The translations under genes and the position numbers were made by a program. From a virus, in the IMG/VR virus record IMGVR_UViG_3300049484_000177, positions 1 to 64,000 of that record: 64,000 nt of DNA; one strand, written 5' to 3'. The notes under the pieces were generated by a model. It was not told the DNA's origin, made no database searches, and saw only the letters and a program-made list of their open reading frames with translations. Positions 1 to 9,514 of this stretch are shown here, one piece after another; positions within the stretch are counted from its first letter, which is position 1; each line of letters opens with the position of its first letter.

Positions 1-295
1 TCGCCAATTCTGTGGTCTTGGCTGACTCACAGGTAGCAAACACGTCGGTCTGGATCGGCTTGGCAGCGGTGCCCATCACCTTATGAAATGCTTCCAATCC
101 GGCAAGCATGTCGTCAGTAGCCCGAAAACAACAGATGTAGTGTGTCGGCTCCACTGACTTGGGATCGGCTCTGAACTCGACTTGGAACGCACCCGCAAAC
201 TCGCTGCCGAGGCAGTTGACAATCTCCTTGCGGGCCAGCTCAACCGACTTGGCGGGCACTCGCAGGAGAACTTGGTTACGGTAGGGCTTTGTCAT
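1..295 (-). CDS. Hypothetical protein, partial (runs off the window start)
   Basis: ATG at 295-293 overlaps the stop of the LamG gene (ATGA coupling); frame MTKPYRNQVLLRVPAKS... is open to position 1. Confidence 0.6.
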   Translation of the reverse strand, partial: MTKPYRNQVLLRVPAKSVELARKEIVNCLGSEFAGAFQVEFRADPKSVEPTHYICCFRATDDMLAGLEAFHKVMGTAAKPIQTDVFATCESAKTTELA

Positions 296-2724
296 GCAAG
301 GATACTCGCAGCTACTAGCCAGTTGTGACTGTCCGTGATCTGCTTCGCCGTAACTTGGGTGGACGAACCAACCAGCTCCAGCACGTCACCTGTGTACGGC
401 AGCAGGATCGTCGTATTGACGCGGGCACCCAATGTGGCATTCGTCTCACCCGCGATCGCTGCAAGGTATTGGCCAGTGTTCGTGCCGGTCATTACACAGA
501 GCACCTTGTCGATGTAGACGGTCCAGGCGGTGTCGGACCTGATCAGGAACACGGAGGAGCCGGTTGCACGCAACGATAGGTCGCTGACCAGCGTAACCGC
601 TCCAGCTCCGGCGTTGTAGCGAATACCGATTTTGAGTGTGTTGGCTGGGATGTAGACTTCCCAGTAGATGTCCGTGACGCTGGCTTTGGCGTTAGACCAG
701 AGTACGCGGTCGGTGACTTGTGCTACCGCAGGCTTGAGCAGGCCATAGAGGGTCCGCAGGTCCATGGCCAAGGCCCAAGCAGGCACCGCTACGGGCATCT
801 CGTCGTCCAGGCCATCGAAGGTCACACCGACCTTGGTGCCGAGCGAGACACCTGCAAAGGACGGACGGGAGGGGAAGAGGGTCTGCGTCAGTGCATACGG
901 ACCTATCGTGTCGTTCCAGGTGACAATGGGATCGTCTTTTGTTGGCGAACCAAGTGCCGCCGGTGCGTTGCCGACGCCGATGCCTGCGGCAGTGTCCCAG
1001 CCGATCCACTTCGCTACGGGTGCAACAGAGGCTTCTTGGTTAGTAGCAAGCTTGAGCAGATCGGCGATGCTGAGGGCGGAACTGTAGTAGCGGGCGTCGG
1101 AATGATATCCAGTCGAGTAGCCGCCAAATGTGTTGTTATATCGCAATCCTCCAATAGAAAAATTATCAAGACCGGCAATTTGAGATACCCAAACTGTGAG
1201 GTCCGTTGAATCAGTGTGCGTATGTGCAACTTCAACACCGTCAACAAGTAAGTGTGGTACGCTACCGTCATGCGTCAAGGCTACATGCACCCATACACCA
1301 GCAAGCACTGCCGCCGCGTTCGTGATTATCGACCACTTCACCGTACCCCCACTGATAGCCAATGCCCCGAGTTTTCCCGTTGTGATCTGCACGTACAACT
1401 GGAGATACGAATTTGCATTCGTATCTCCGAATGATAGTATGTTTGCGTTCGCTGCGAATACGGACTTTTTCACCCAAGCACACATCGTCCCCGCCGTATT
1501 CGCAGCAACAGCAGCAACTAACGAATCCGCAGCGATATAGTCATTCGCCCCATCTAACACGATACTCTGGTCGCTCAAGCAGTTATCGCTAACGTCCAGA
1601 CTGCGAGCATTATCAACGTGATTCGTCAACGTACCGTCATAACCGCCTATCGGGTCGTTGACGTTCGTAACAGCTCCCCAGCCTCCCGCCTTCACTAGAT
1701 TGTTCGCCGTGTTGACCGAACAGCGTAACGGGTCCGTGACAGCAGTTTCATTGCCGTTGTAACTGCGAACAAGTTTTGCAGCCAACGCTGGCAGGTCGGC
1801 AACAATGTCGCCGTGAGTGAGCGGATTTCCCGCGTTGTAAAGCGTTGTGACTTCAGCAGCGGACGGGATATAGGCTTCCCCATACCGAACGCACGTTATC
1901 GTGCCACCAAACCAGCCGGAAGCATTTTGGTTACTGGCTACGGTCGGCCACAACGCTGCTCCCGTCGAGATGTTCAATGCCGCGTAAGCTGAGATATCAG
2001 CCGTGCCTTTGGCTACGGCATTGACGTAGAACCGTGCCAATCCATCGCGGTCGCAAGTCACAACGATATGTTGGAGCGAACCAGCAGCCATCACAGCAGA
2101 AGAATCAAAGTTGGCCGTTGTCGTTCCGTCACTGATTTGCAGTCGCAGCGTAGTGTTGTTCAGCTTGAGCGAAACGCCACGATTCGCGTTTGTGTCGCCG
2201 CCGTCGTTCCAGATGTACTGTGTAACGGCAACAGAAGTTGGGATAACCCACGCTTCTAACCAGAAATCCACGCCACTTGTACGGGTAGTAACACGATTAG
2301 TACCAACCCAAGATGCCTTATCCGATAATGTCGGAGTACGCGAACCGCCGACGAGCGGACCATTGGAGGCGTCCAGGCAGAAGACTTGGTCGGGGATGAG
2401 TAGGAGGGGGTTACCAGGACCAACGGTAAGGGCAGCGGCGAGAGTGACGGTCTTGGTGCCTTGGGTAATGACGAGATCATGGGCTCCGATGGGGGCGTCG
2501 TAGACGACTGTGGCGTTGATGGTGAGCTGAGTCTTACTGTCCCAGGTCGTACTGTTGATAGTGACGCCCGTGCCGAGATCGGTAGCCGAGGCAGTGATCT
2601 TGAAGTTCTTGCCCGTAACGACAAGATCGAAAGTCTCAGCCTGAACGGCTGTAGCGGGAGCAGCACTGAGGGCTTGGAGACTTCCGCCAGCAGACGGTCC
2701 AGCAAATGTCAATGGAAGGGTCAT
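292..2724 (-). CDS. Virion structural/receptor-binding protein with LamG (concanavalin-like) domains
   Basis: 810 aa, Ala/Thr/Gly/Val-rich beta protein; LamG-type motifs such as WLEAWV..HIVVTCD..FYVNA and MCAWVK..WVHVALTHDG..LLVDGV. Confidence 0.7.
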   Translation of the reverse strand: MTLPLTFAGPSAGGSLQALSAAPATAVQAETFDLVVTGKNFKITASATDLGTGVTINSTTWDSKTQLTINATVVYDAPIGAHDLVITQGTKTVTLAAALTVGPGNPLLLIPDQVFCLDASNGPLVGGSRTPTLSDKASWVGTNRVTTRTSGVDFWLEAWVIPTSVAVTQYIWNDGGDTNANRGVSLKLNNTTLRLQISDGTTTANFDSSAVMAAGSLQHIVVTCDRDGLARFYVNAVAKGTADISAYAALNISTGAALWPTVASNQNASGWFGGTITCVRYGEAYIPSAAEVTTLYNAGNPLTHGDIVADLPALAAKLVRSYNGNETAVTDPLRCSVNTANNLVKAGGWGAVTNVNDPIGGYDGTLTNHVDNARSLDVSDNCLSDQSIVLDGANDYIAADSLVAAVAANTAGTMCAWVKKSVFAANANILSFGDTNANSYLQLYVQITTGKLGALAISGGTVKWSIITNAAAVLAGVWVHVALTHDGSVPHLLVDGVEVAHTHTDSTDLTVWVSQIAGLDNFSIGGLRYNNTFGGYSTGYHSDARYYSSALSIADLLKLATNQEASVAPVAKWIGWDTAAGIGVGNAPAALGSPTKDDPIVTWNDTIGPYALTQTLFPSRPSFAGVSLGTKVGVTFDGLDDEMPVAVPAWALAMDLRTLYGLLKPAVAQVTDRVLWSNAKASVTDIYWEVYIPANTLKIGIRYNAGAGAVTLVSDLSLRATGSSVFLIRSDTAWTVYIDKVLCVMTGTNTGQYLAAIAGETNATLGARVNTTILLPYTGDVLELVGSSTQVTAKQITDSHNWLVAASILA

Positions 2725-2737
2725 GCTTGATCCCTAT

Positions 2738-3052
2738 CTACCAAGGTTGACCGTAAGTCCAAACTACCACTCCACTGACCTGAACCGAGGCACTTAACCT
2801 TATACTAAGTCCCTTACCTACTGCAGTTTTCACATAACCAATTTGAACTGGGGGCCATACTATGCCCCCATTCTCAGCGCATGGGAGGGGACCACACAAA
2901 TCTATCCCATCAGAATCCTCCAGAGTGACACTCACATCACCTCCCACCAGAAGGAAACCCCCATTGACTAGAACGCACTTGTCCGCGACAGCCGCTACTA
3001 TGACATGAGCCCCACTGGTTGCGACGTCAATCTTGTGATGTATTGCAGACAT
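2738..3052 (-). CDS. Small putative virion structural protein
   Basis: 104 aa beta-rich ORF, co-oriented with and adjacent to the LamG gene. Confidence 0.5.
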   Translation of the reverse strand: MSAIHHKIDVATSGAHVIVAAVADKCVLVNGGFLLVGGDVSVTLEDSDGIDLCGPLPCAENGGIVWPPVQIGYVKTAVGKGLSIRLSASVQVSGVVVWTYGQPW

Positions 3053-3061
3053 GCAAATCTC

Positions 3062-3298
3062 CTAATGAGGATGCTGGTGTTCGTAAGGCTCGGGCACAAC
3101 ATGATGCTCCAACTTTCGCAGTCGGCAGTTATAGCTCCAAGCACGAAATCTGTTATGTTCGTCAACGACGCTGAAGCAGTCGTAGGTTACCGCTACTCGT
3201 GATGGGTAAGCAGGGGGCATTAGAGCTAATACTTCAATTGCTGGTGAATTACACCAAGGACACATCAGCGGCGGTAGTGTGGGAAGTTGCTGAGGCAT
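3062..3298 (-). CDS. Hypothetical protein (CPWC)
   Basis: Fits the tight gene packing of the minus-strand operon. Confidence 0.4.
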   Translation of the reverse strand: MPQQLPTLPPLMCPWCNSPAIEVLALMPPAYPSRVAVTYDCFSVVDEHNRFRAWSYNCRLRKLEHHVVPEPYEHQHPH

Positions 3299-3302
3299 AT
3301 AC

Positions 3303-3824
3303 CTATCCCATCAACTCGTGAATCAAAGCGACCACTGCCACAATCAAACCCAGCACGCCAATCGTACCCGCGAACACTACAGCCCAAACGGATGCCTTGC
3401 CTCTCGTCTCGCCTTCGATCTTGGCGGCGGTTTCTCTCAGGATGCGCACGTCGGCTTCTAGGAATGAATGACCACGTTCGTATTCGGGGCGGGTAATCAA
3501 TAGCAGTCGCTGGTCGCGCATCTCCTTTTCCAGCCGTACTCGGTCTTCGGCGTTTTCCTCACGCAGACGATTCATGTGGAGCAGGCGTTCCTTGGTCGTA
3601 ATGTCCGTAGCGTCCAGTTTGGCCTTGAGGGCCGTCGCCGCCGCCTCTGCCGTGGCTTCGATGGCCTTCAGTCGCGCTTCGAGGACTTCACGGAGAGCCA
3701 TCTCAGACAGCCGAAACTCGTTGCCGTCCAGCCTAACATCCATGTGGTCGAGTCGGGTGTCTACGTAGTCTTTCCAATTCAGCCCATTAGGACCATAACC
3801 TCGTGGTTCTCTTGGTTCAGTCAT
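3303..3824 (-). CDS. Coiled-coil protein with C-terminal transmembrane anchor (lysis-region type)
   Basis: Heptad-rich body and C-terminal hydrophobic helix VWAVVFAGTIGVLGLIVAVVALI. Confidence 0.6.
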   Translation of the reverse strand: MTEPREPRGYGPNGLNWKDYVDTRLDHMDVRLDGNEFRLSEMALREVLEARLKAIEATAEAAATALKAKLDATDITTKERLLHMNRLREENAEDRVRLEKEMRDQRLLLITRPEYERGHSFLEADVRILRETAAKIEGETRGKASVWAVVFAGTIGVLGLIVAVVALIHELMG

Positions 3825-4042
3825 TTCAACCCCAGATCAGTAGATGTCTTATCAGCGTCACGGGAGAAGATCAAACCGATGGCAGCCAGCGTCAGGGCAA
3901 ACACAATAGTCCAGTCGGGATTAGTCGCTGGGTCGCTGTCGAGTATCTTCTGGATTGCTTCGATCCAGGCGGAAGCGGCAACGAGGATACCCGTTACCGT
4001 TGTTTTCCAGGACTTGACGGCAGCAGTGAGTGCTTTGTTCAT
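3821..4042 (-). CDS. Putative holin
   Basis: 73 aa, two hydrophobic segments, SWKTTVTG motif, charged C-terminus RDADK. Confidence 0.6.
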   Translation of the reverse strand: MNKALTAAVKSWKTTVTGILVAASAWIEAIQKILDSDPATNPDWTIVFALTLAAIGLIFSRDADKTSTDLGLK

Positions 4043-4057
4043 TGAATGGTCCTTTGT

Positions 4058-4945
4058 TCAACCAGCAGGATGCTCCCAATCGTCTGGGGCAGTCACAGAC
4101 CAGATGCAATATGATCCACCAACGGTTGCCTTAATCTTGGAGATGGAGTCATACCGCATGATGTTGTACGAATCTACGTACTCCATCAGTTGCTCATCGG
4201 GCAACCAGCGGCCATAGGGAATCGAATGCCCTGAGCGACCGACACCAACGAAGCGGCAGCCCTTGAGGACAAGGCATACCGTCTGCTCCCATGTCTCTGG
4301 AAAGATGATTTCCAGAGGTCTGAAATGCTTAGCTGTTTCCTTCCACCCTTCGGGAAACTCATCTAGAGGTATCCACTTCTTGGTGCTGCTCTGGTTGATG
4401 TTGCCGCCGCCTTTGGTTCCCGCCAGGGCGTGCTTGAATCCCCAATCACGGGGCTGAATCAGGTCAGGCAAGGCTCCTCGCTTAACTGCGATATTGAGCA
4501 CCTGCCGTACACCAGCACCGCCCCATTCATTCGGGTTTGCCTCGGCATAGACCGACAGACAAGAAATCCAGACACTCGCGGATTTGGCAGAGATCGGCAA
4601 TCGTTGGCCGGCAACAGGAGGGCCGAGACCAATAGCCCGCTGAGCGTTTCGTGTACCTTCGAAGCAGGTACGGTAGCAATGACAGGTACACTCGTGGGTC
4701 GGCTCCTGATTGGTGAATCGGTCCACGAAGTTGACGGGCCAGGTCTTGTTGGCCGTGTTCTCGTCGGCCAGGGCTTTCCACTCTCTTGGCTCGCACCACA
4801 GGTGCTCAGGGAACGCTGTGCTCGCCGCTCCACACATATCCCACATCACGTCACGGGTATCACCTGCGGCTTTATTTGCCGGGTATCCATCGTGGACTGG
4901 AAACACAACGTCGATGAGGGCGGGGTTGATACCAGTCATTTGCAC
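4058..4945 (-). CDS. Papain-like (C1-type) cysteine peptidase
   Basis: NQEPTHECTCH (Gln/Cys), GHSI (His) and VDSY in place of NSW; SVYAEAN..WGGA resembles the C1 mid-region. Confidence 0.55.
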   Translation of the reverse strand: MQMTGINPALIDVVFPVHDGYPANKAAGDTRDVMWDMCGAASTAFPEHLWCEPREWKALADENTANKTWPVNFVDRFTNQEPTHECTCHCYRTCFEGTRNAQRAIGLGPPVAGQRLPISAKSASVWISCLSVYAEANPNEWGGAGVRQVLNIAVKRGALPDLIQPRDWGFKHALAGTKGGGNINQSSTKKWIPLDEFPEGWKETAKHFRPLEIIFPETWEQTVCLVLKGCRFVGVGRSGHSIPYGRWLPDEQLMEYVDSYNIMRYDSISKIKATVGGSYCIWSVTAPDDWEHPAG

Positions 4946-5700
4946 GCCTCCAGAACTTCAGCGGTAGTCTTAGGGTCTTTGACAGTCTTCTTGACCGTGT
5001 CACCGGCTTGAACGATGAGACAGGGAAGACCAGCTTTCTTGGCAGCTTCCAGGGCAATCTTGTACTGATCAGGGACTTCACCGTTGCCGTCAGTCGTGTT
5101 CTGCTCAAACTCAGTTGCGACGATTCCTGAACCATCTGCGTTGAGTTGTTGGAGTGCTTTGACTACGGCTCTGGGAATGGTATTGTTGTCTTTCTCGTAA
5201 ATGTACGTTGCCCGAGTCACTTTCAGGCTCGGGTCCACTGGCTTGTCTGGGTCTATCGGAGGGGGGACTATACCAGCGACCTCCAGCACGCAGGAGCCAA
5301 CAGCGGAGGGGTACTTGGTTTCAAGAGTGGCTACTAGATCCGCGATTTGCTTGATCGCTGGGTCATTGACCCGAGCAACGTTCGCAACCTGCACGGCCTT
5401 TGAGAGTCCGTTACGCCATTCATTGAGAGTGAGCTTGAGGGTGTACTTGCCCGGCGTCATCCCCGAGAAGAAGAGCATAGGCTGCTCATCGGCGTCGAAG
5501 AGCTTGACAGCCATTGCTCCTGCTGCCGGATCAATGGTTAGAGCAGACGCCTTCATCTCATCCTTAGTGATACCACCAATCTGGAGTAGTACCGCATTGC
5601 CAGGATTCAACGGAGTTGTTGGGGCCTTGATAACAATCTCGGCGGCAGACAGTACCGACGAGACTAACAACAGTAGGATTGGAAGTAACCGCTTCACCAC
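4936..5700 (-). CDS. Exported protein with signal peptide, possible thioredoxin-like C-terminal domain
   Basis: MVKRLLPILLLLVSSVLSA signal; Pro-rich linker PPPIDPDKPVDP; overlaps the peptidase start. Confidence 0.55.
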   Translation of the reverse strand: MVKRLLPILLLLVSSVLSAAEIVIKAPTTPLNPGNAVLLQIGGITKDEMKASALTIDPAAGAMAVKLFDADEQPMLFFSGMTPGKYTLKLTLNEWRNGLSKAVQVANVARVNDPAIKQIADLVATLETKYPSAVGSCVLEVAGIVPPPIDPDKPVDPSLKVTRATYIYEKDNNTIPRAVVKALQQLNADGSGIVATEFEQNTTDGNGEVPDQYKIALEAAKKAGLPCLIVQAGDTVKKTVKDPKTTAEVLEACK

Positions 5701-5708
5701 TTTGCTCC

Positions 5709-5951
5709 TTAATCAACGGCTATCTGTCGCATAAGTTTGCCTAAGCAACACTTCATGCAGGAAGGGCCGTTATATTTATCCACTAATTCACAAAGCACAT
5801 GATCTGCCACCAGCAAGACGAACGGGAAACGCTCTGGTCCTAGTTGGATATACTCCGACCGTGTCCACATCATGACAAGGCCCGCTGACTCCAGTAGGTT
5901 ATGTCCTGCGTGGGACACTGTCTCGGCATCTTCGAGCAGTTCCCCGTTCAT
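5709..5951 (-). CDS. Hypothetical protein
   Basis: Fits operon packing. Confidence 0.4.
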   Translation of the reverse strand: MNGELLEDAETVSHAGHNLLESAGLVMMWTRSEYIQLGPERFPFVLLVADHVLCELVDKYNGPSCMKCCLGKLMRQIAVD

Positions 5952-5962
5952 CTTGCATCACT

Positions 5963-6244
5963 TCATTTGGACTTTACCAGTCCCTGGATCTGTTCGTCAG
6001 ACGCATTGTCCAAAGCGTCCAGAACATCATCAACGGCCGTTCGCAGTTCGCCACCACGCAGGCCAGCCTGACGCAACTGACGGGTCACAGCGAACCGCAC
6101 CACAGGGCCTCCCTCCTTCATCCGACGCACGACCACTTCTGCTCCATCAGTATTCGTGCAGTTCTCGATCAGCGTCTTGATCAACGTAAACCACTTTGTC
6201 CAGTCCATCTGTCGCTCCTTTTCAAACAATGGTAGGTAAGACAT
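5963..6244 (-). CDS. Hypothetical protein (start probably 6208)
   Basis: AAGGAG RBS precedes MDWTKWF. Confidence 0.5.
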   Translation of the reverse strand: MSYLPLFEKERQMDWTKWFTLIKTLIENCTNTDGAEVVVRRMKEGGPVVRFAVTRQLRQAGLRGGELRTAVDDVLDALDNASDEQIQGLVKSK

Positions 6245-6587
6245 CTCTCCACTTCGTCAAACTAACATTACGCTGATACTCCCGATTCTTTATGTCAGGA
6301 GTCTCATCGTAGCCGACGACCTCGTGTAAGTTCGTGGGAGGGCTAGGCACAGCCGTCAATTCACCCAACCACATAATAGAACCAGGGGCAATAACCCTAT
6401 CCACCATCACCTCAGCGGACAAGGCTATAGGTGTACCATCCTTACTCATCACTACTCGCTTAGACCATTCCCACCGAACGTCAATCTCAGCGGCAGTTAT
6501 TACTGTAGGCTCCCCTCGCTTATCGTAGCTACTCAGAGCCCACAACACAGCCTTTTGGGAAAGTCCAACAATCTCGATGGACGGCAT
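6222..6587 (-). CDS. Putative head-closure/head-completion protein
   Basis: 121 aa beta-rich protein directly after the adaptor; YDKRGEP...IDVRWE pattern. Confidence 0.55.
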   Translation of the reverse strand: MPSIEIVGLSQKAVLWALSSYDKRGEPTVITAAEIDVRWEWSKRVVMSKDGTPIALSAEVMVDRVIAPGSIMWLGELTAVPSPPTNLHEVVGYDETPDIKNREYQRNVSLTKWRDVLPTIV

Positions 6588-6590
6588 CTA

Positions 6591-7022
6591 TCACCTATCA
6601 TCACCAGATCGACCGTAGTCGTCTTGTGTCAGCTTGGTACTACCTAACCAAACCATTGAAGCCTTTGGTCTTGTCCCCTGCTCGGCCTGTTTGCTCCTAG
6701 CCGCCAAGATTCCGGTCACATCCAAGAGCATAGCAGTCTGTCCGTATTGGGTACTACTGAGCACCATTCCGGTCTGACCCTGAAAAGAACCACTAGCCTT
6801 GCTAGTGCTCTTAGATGATAGCAACTGATCCCGGTGAGCATAGAAATGAGCAGCCAGCCACTTCTCAATCTCCGTGAGAAGTGAGCTACTCAACTCACCG
6901 TCGGTATCCTTACCCTGTAACCAGTCTACTAATGAAGAGGCTGCCGTTATGAACGGACTTAGAGAGATGGTTCCATCCGTCTCGATTATCCCAGCAACCT
7001 CACCGGATGTTGTCCTAGCCAA
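6591..7022 (-). CDS. Putative head-tail adaptor
   Basis: IEKWLAAHF and LSSTQYGQTAMLLD motifs typical of adaptor proteins; position downstream of capsid. Confidence 0.65.
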   Translation of the reverse strand: MARTTSGEVAGIIETDGTISLSPFITAASSLVDWLQGKDTDGELSSSLLTEIEKWLAAHFYAHRDQLLSSKSTSKASGSFQGQTGMVLSSTQYGQTAMLLDVTGILAARSKQAEQGTRPKASMVWLGSTKLTQDDYGRSGDDR

Positions 7023-7046
7023 CAGCTCGCTCCTTTACCGCTAGGG

Positions 7047-7541
7047 CTACTGAGCAGCCAAGGCAGACTCCAGAACGTTGATGATCTCGTCCTTCGTCGA
7101 AGCCCCAGAGATGTCGACACCGGCATTGCGAGCATACTCACGAAGTTGCTTAGTCGACATCAATGAGAAATCTTCCTCTGAATCCGCCGGTTGAGGATCA
7201 TCTCCACGCAGCTCCTGGATTTCCTTCTCCAACTGAGCAATCTTGTCAAGCAGCGGTTGGTTGTCAGGTGTAGGAGTGAGCCGGTCGAGGTTTTGAAACT
7301 TCTCGCTGCCAAACCGCTCCTCCAAGTTGATCGGAGACACTACAATGCTTCGGTTAGGGTCCTTTGCATCGTAGATGGTATTGACATAAACCAGACCAGT
7401 TCCCAAACACGAAGGGCAGGGCCACTCACCCCTTTTCCCAGGAACCTCAACCTTTGTGGTCCCATTGCAGACTTCGCACTTAGAGCCACTCTTACTTGGC
7501 TCTCGTTGCGAGTGTATCCCGCGAAGTAGTTTGAATCTCAT
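7047..7541 (-). CDS. Protein with Zn-finger and C-terminal Rho-N/HeH-like domain
   Basis: CEVCNG...CPSCLG; C-terminal MSTKQLREYARNAGVDISGASTKDEII. Confidence 0.6.
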   Translation of the reverse strand: MRFKLLRGIHSQREPSKSGSKCEVCNGTTKVEVPGKRGEWPCPSCLGTGLVYVNTIYDAKDPNRSIVVSPINLEERFGSEKFQNLDRLTPTPDNQPLLDKIAQLEKEIQELRGDDPQPADSEEDFSLMSTKQLREYARNAGVDISGASTKDEIINVLESALAAQ

Positions 7542-7570
7542 CTCTCATCGCTCCTAGTGACAAATAGTTA

Positions 7571-7623
7571 GAAAAGAGGGACTGGACTGACTAACTAGCC
7601 AGCACGAGAGTCAATCCAGTCCC
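7571..7623 (-). terminator. Putative intrinsic terminator downstream of the capsid gene
   Basis: On the minus strand: GGGACTGGA-TTGACT...AGTCAG-TCCAGTCCC stem followed by TCTTTTCT. Confidence 0.55.
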
Positions 7624-7660
7624 AACCCAGGGCAGGGGGTCCGCCGCGCAATCCAAATCG

Positions 7661-8884
7661 TCAGGCCGTCGTGCAGTGCATGACACCCAACCGATCCTGA
7701 TAGTCGGGTGTCATGAGGGGAACCTGAATCGTCATGACCTTGAAGTTGACACGCATGCCACCCATCGTCGGCCATTGGACCGTATTGATGTCCATACCAT
7801 TGACCGCCTGGACCACGTCGCTCGTCATCTGAACCATCAGAATCGTGAACGTACTGGTGAGGAAGTCGAGCCTCCGCATGTCCTGGAATCCTTCGATGTC
7901 TCGAATCCTCATACGCAAGGTCTTGGACCCGGCGTCTGCGGTGGTCGAGTAGTCGTCATCCAGGTACTTGTCCCAGTCCGTCGAGTGGTAGAGCATGAAC
8001 GGGCCGAAGAAGTTGTTGCCGTACATCGTATCACGGGCAACCAACAACTCGTCAATCAACGTTTGGGCCGTCCATCCACCAGCCGACGGAGCAGTGATGT
8101 CGGTCTTCGTTGACCGTGCCGGGTGAGTGGTGTATCCATGCACCGTTGCCGCTCGTCCATAAGCAATGCCCGCCGTTCCGGCCGCAGCATTACCCAAAGT
8201 GGGACCAACGAGAGTTCCGATCAGTGTCTTCTCCACTGACTCCGCAACTCGCCGTCCAGCCGCTTCCGCCATCCTTGTGTTCAGCGGCGTCCCATTGCGT
8301 CGACTGATGGCCAGCAAACGCTCGGGGAACCAGAAGTCGCTGTGGGTGATGGGCAGGGGCAAACCTTCCAGCTTGAAGAGCGGCTGGTCAGCCCGTCCCT
8401 CAGTCATCCCATCAAAGTCTACAACAGCCTCGCCGGGATCACTCATGGTTTGGTATTCCAAAACCATTGTGCTCATCCCATCGAAACCGCCGAAGGAGCT
8501 GGCAGACATCAAATCCGTCCATGCTCGCAGCCGTTTGCGAAATTCGGTTCGGACGATGTTGGTCAATGTGATCCATTGCTCCTTGGTCAGAACCGTGGCA
8601 TTGCGAATGAGGCTGCTCATGCCGTGGTTCATGATCAAGTCAGCCACCAGCCGCTTCTCGTGGACCGGGAAGTCAACCGGAATGCCGTCCTTGTTGGTGA
8701 CATACGAACCGTCGTTCTTCTTCCGACGTTCGCGTCGGCCAGTATTGACCACGACACAGTTCCTTCCCTTCCCATCGAAGAAGGGTCGAAGCAGTCCCGT
8801 GTCAAACTGGACATCAGCAAGGGTGGAGGCAACAGGCCCGTGTCCCTTGCCGTTCAGGATGAAATCTTGTGGGGCTACGAACAT
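7661..8884 (-). CDS. Major capsid protein (HK97 fold, encapsulin/linocin-like type)
   Basis: 407 aa; follows protease and decoration genes; LTKEQWITL..RLRAWTDL and LPLPITHSDF motifs; strong RBS. Confidence 0.8.
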   Translation of the reverse strand: MFVAPQDFILNGKGHGPVASTLADVQFDTGLLRPFFDGKGRNCVVVNTGRRERRKKNDGSYVTNKDGIPVDFPVHEKRLVADLIMNHGMSSLIRNATVLTKEQWITLTNIVRTEFRKRLRAWTDLMSASSFGGFDGMSTMVLEYQTMSDPGEAVVDFDGMTEGRADQPLFKLEGLPLPITHSDFWFPERLLAISRRNGTPLNTRMAEAAGRRVAESVEKTLIGTLVGPTLGNAAAGTAGIAYGRAATVHGYTTHPARSTKTDITAPSAGGWTAQTLIDELLVARDTMYGNNFFGPFMLYHSTDWDKYLDDDYSTTADAGSKTLRMRIRDIEGFQDMRRLDFLTSTFTILMVQMTSDVVQAVNGMDINTVQWPTMGGMRVNFKVMTIQVPLMTPDYQDRLGVMHCTTA

Positions 8885-8952
8885 CTCTTGAAGTCTCCTT
8901 GTGTGTTATGATCGAAAGTAGCTCATCCAGAAGCCACCATCGGTCGTTACTG

Positions 8953-9447
8953 CTAGTGACCAGTGTACATGCATTCCAAAAGCACGTCACCGACGCCGAT
9001 GGGTTCCGCCTGAATCTCCAACAGGATGAACGGTTCGGACTCGGGGGTGCCGGTCGTGTCGATCAACTTGCCGGTCCCATCATCCACGATGAGCAAGTCA
9101 CCAACCGCCTTCGCTTCCGTTCCGGTCGTTCCCGTTCCAGAGATGTCCGCTACCAACATGAGCAGCTCATCGCCAGGAATCGGGCAGTACAGGAAGCAGT
9201 ACTCACCGGAGACGTAGGCATCAGTCGGTCCCTTGCCGAGTTTCCAGTTCTCAAGCAAGACAGCAATGAGCCGCTGATTCCCGTCGGCGTCCGCATTGAA
9301 GACTTCCCATGTCAGCTTGCCCGAGACCATCGCCGTCGCAGCTTTGATCTGCATAACAGTCCCAGGACTCGGAGTGCCACTGACAATCCCTTCCAGAAAG
9401 CGTCCATGTGGCGCTCCACTAAGGACGATCTTGTTCTTCGTCGACAT
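8953..9447 (-). CDS. Putative head decoration/cement protein
   Basis: 164 aa between protease and capsid; Gly/Thr-rich; AVGDLLIVDDGTGKL. Confidence 0.65.
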   Translation of the reverse strand: MSTKNKIVLSGAPHGRFLEGIVSGTPSPGTVMQIKAATAMVSGKLTWEVFNADADGNQRLIAVLLENWKLGKGPTDAYVSGEYCFLYCPIPGDELLMLVADISGTGTTGTEAKAVGDLLIVDDGTGKLIDTTGTPESEPFILLEIQAEPIGVGDVLLECMYTGH

Positions 9448-9514
9448 CTAGTTCTCTCCTAAGTTACTTGTTGACGTACTTGGTCTTTCCCGAAGACTTC
9501 TTCAGTCTATCAGG

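Noticed and set aside
1-7022. Absence of tape-measure or tail-tube genes as evidence of a tailless phage
   Set aside because: The operon continues past the window edge, so tail genes may lie outside
8166-8911. Long plus-strand ORFs opposite the capsid and other GC-rich genes (also 9614-10216 and the minus-strand 53787-54266)
   Set aside because: Antisense shadows caused by codon bias; no recognisable protein features
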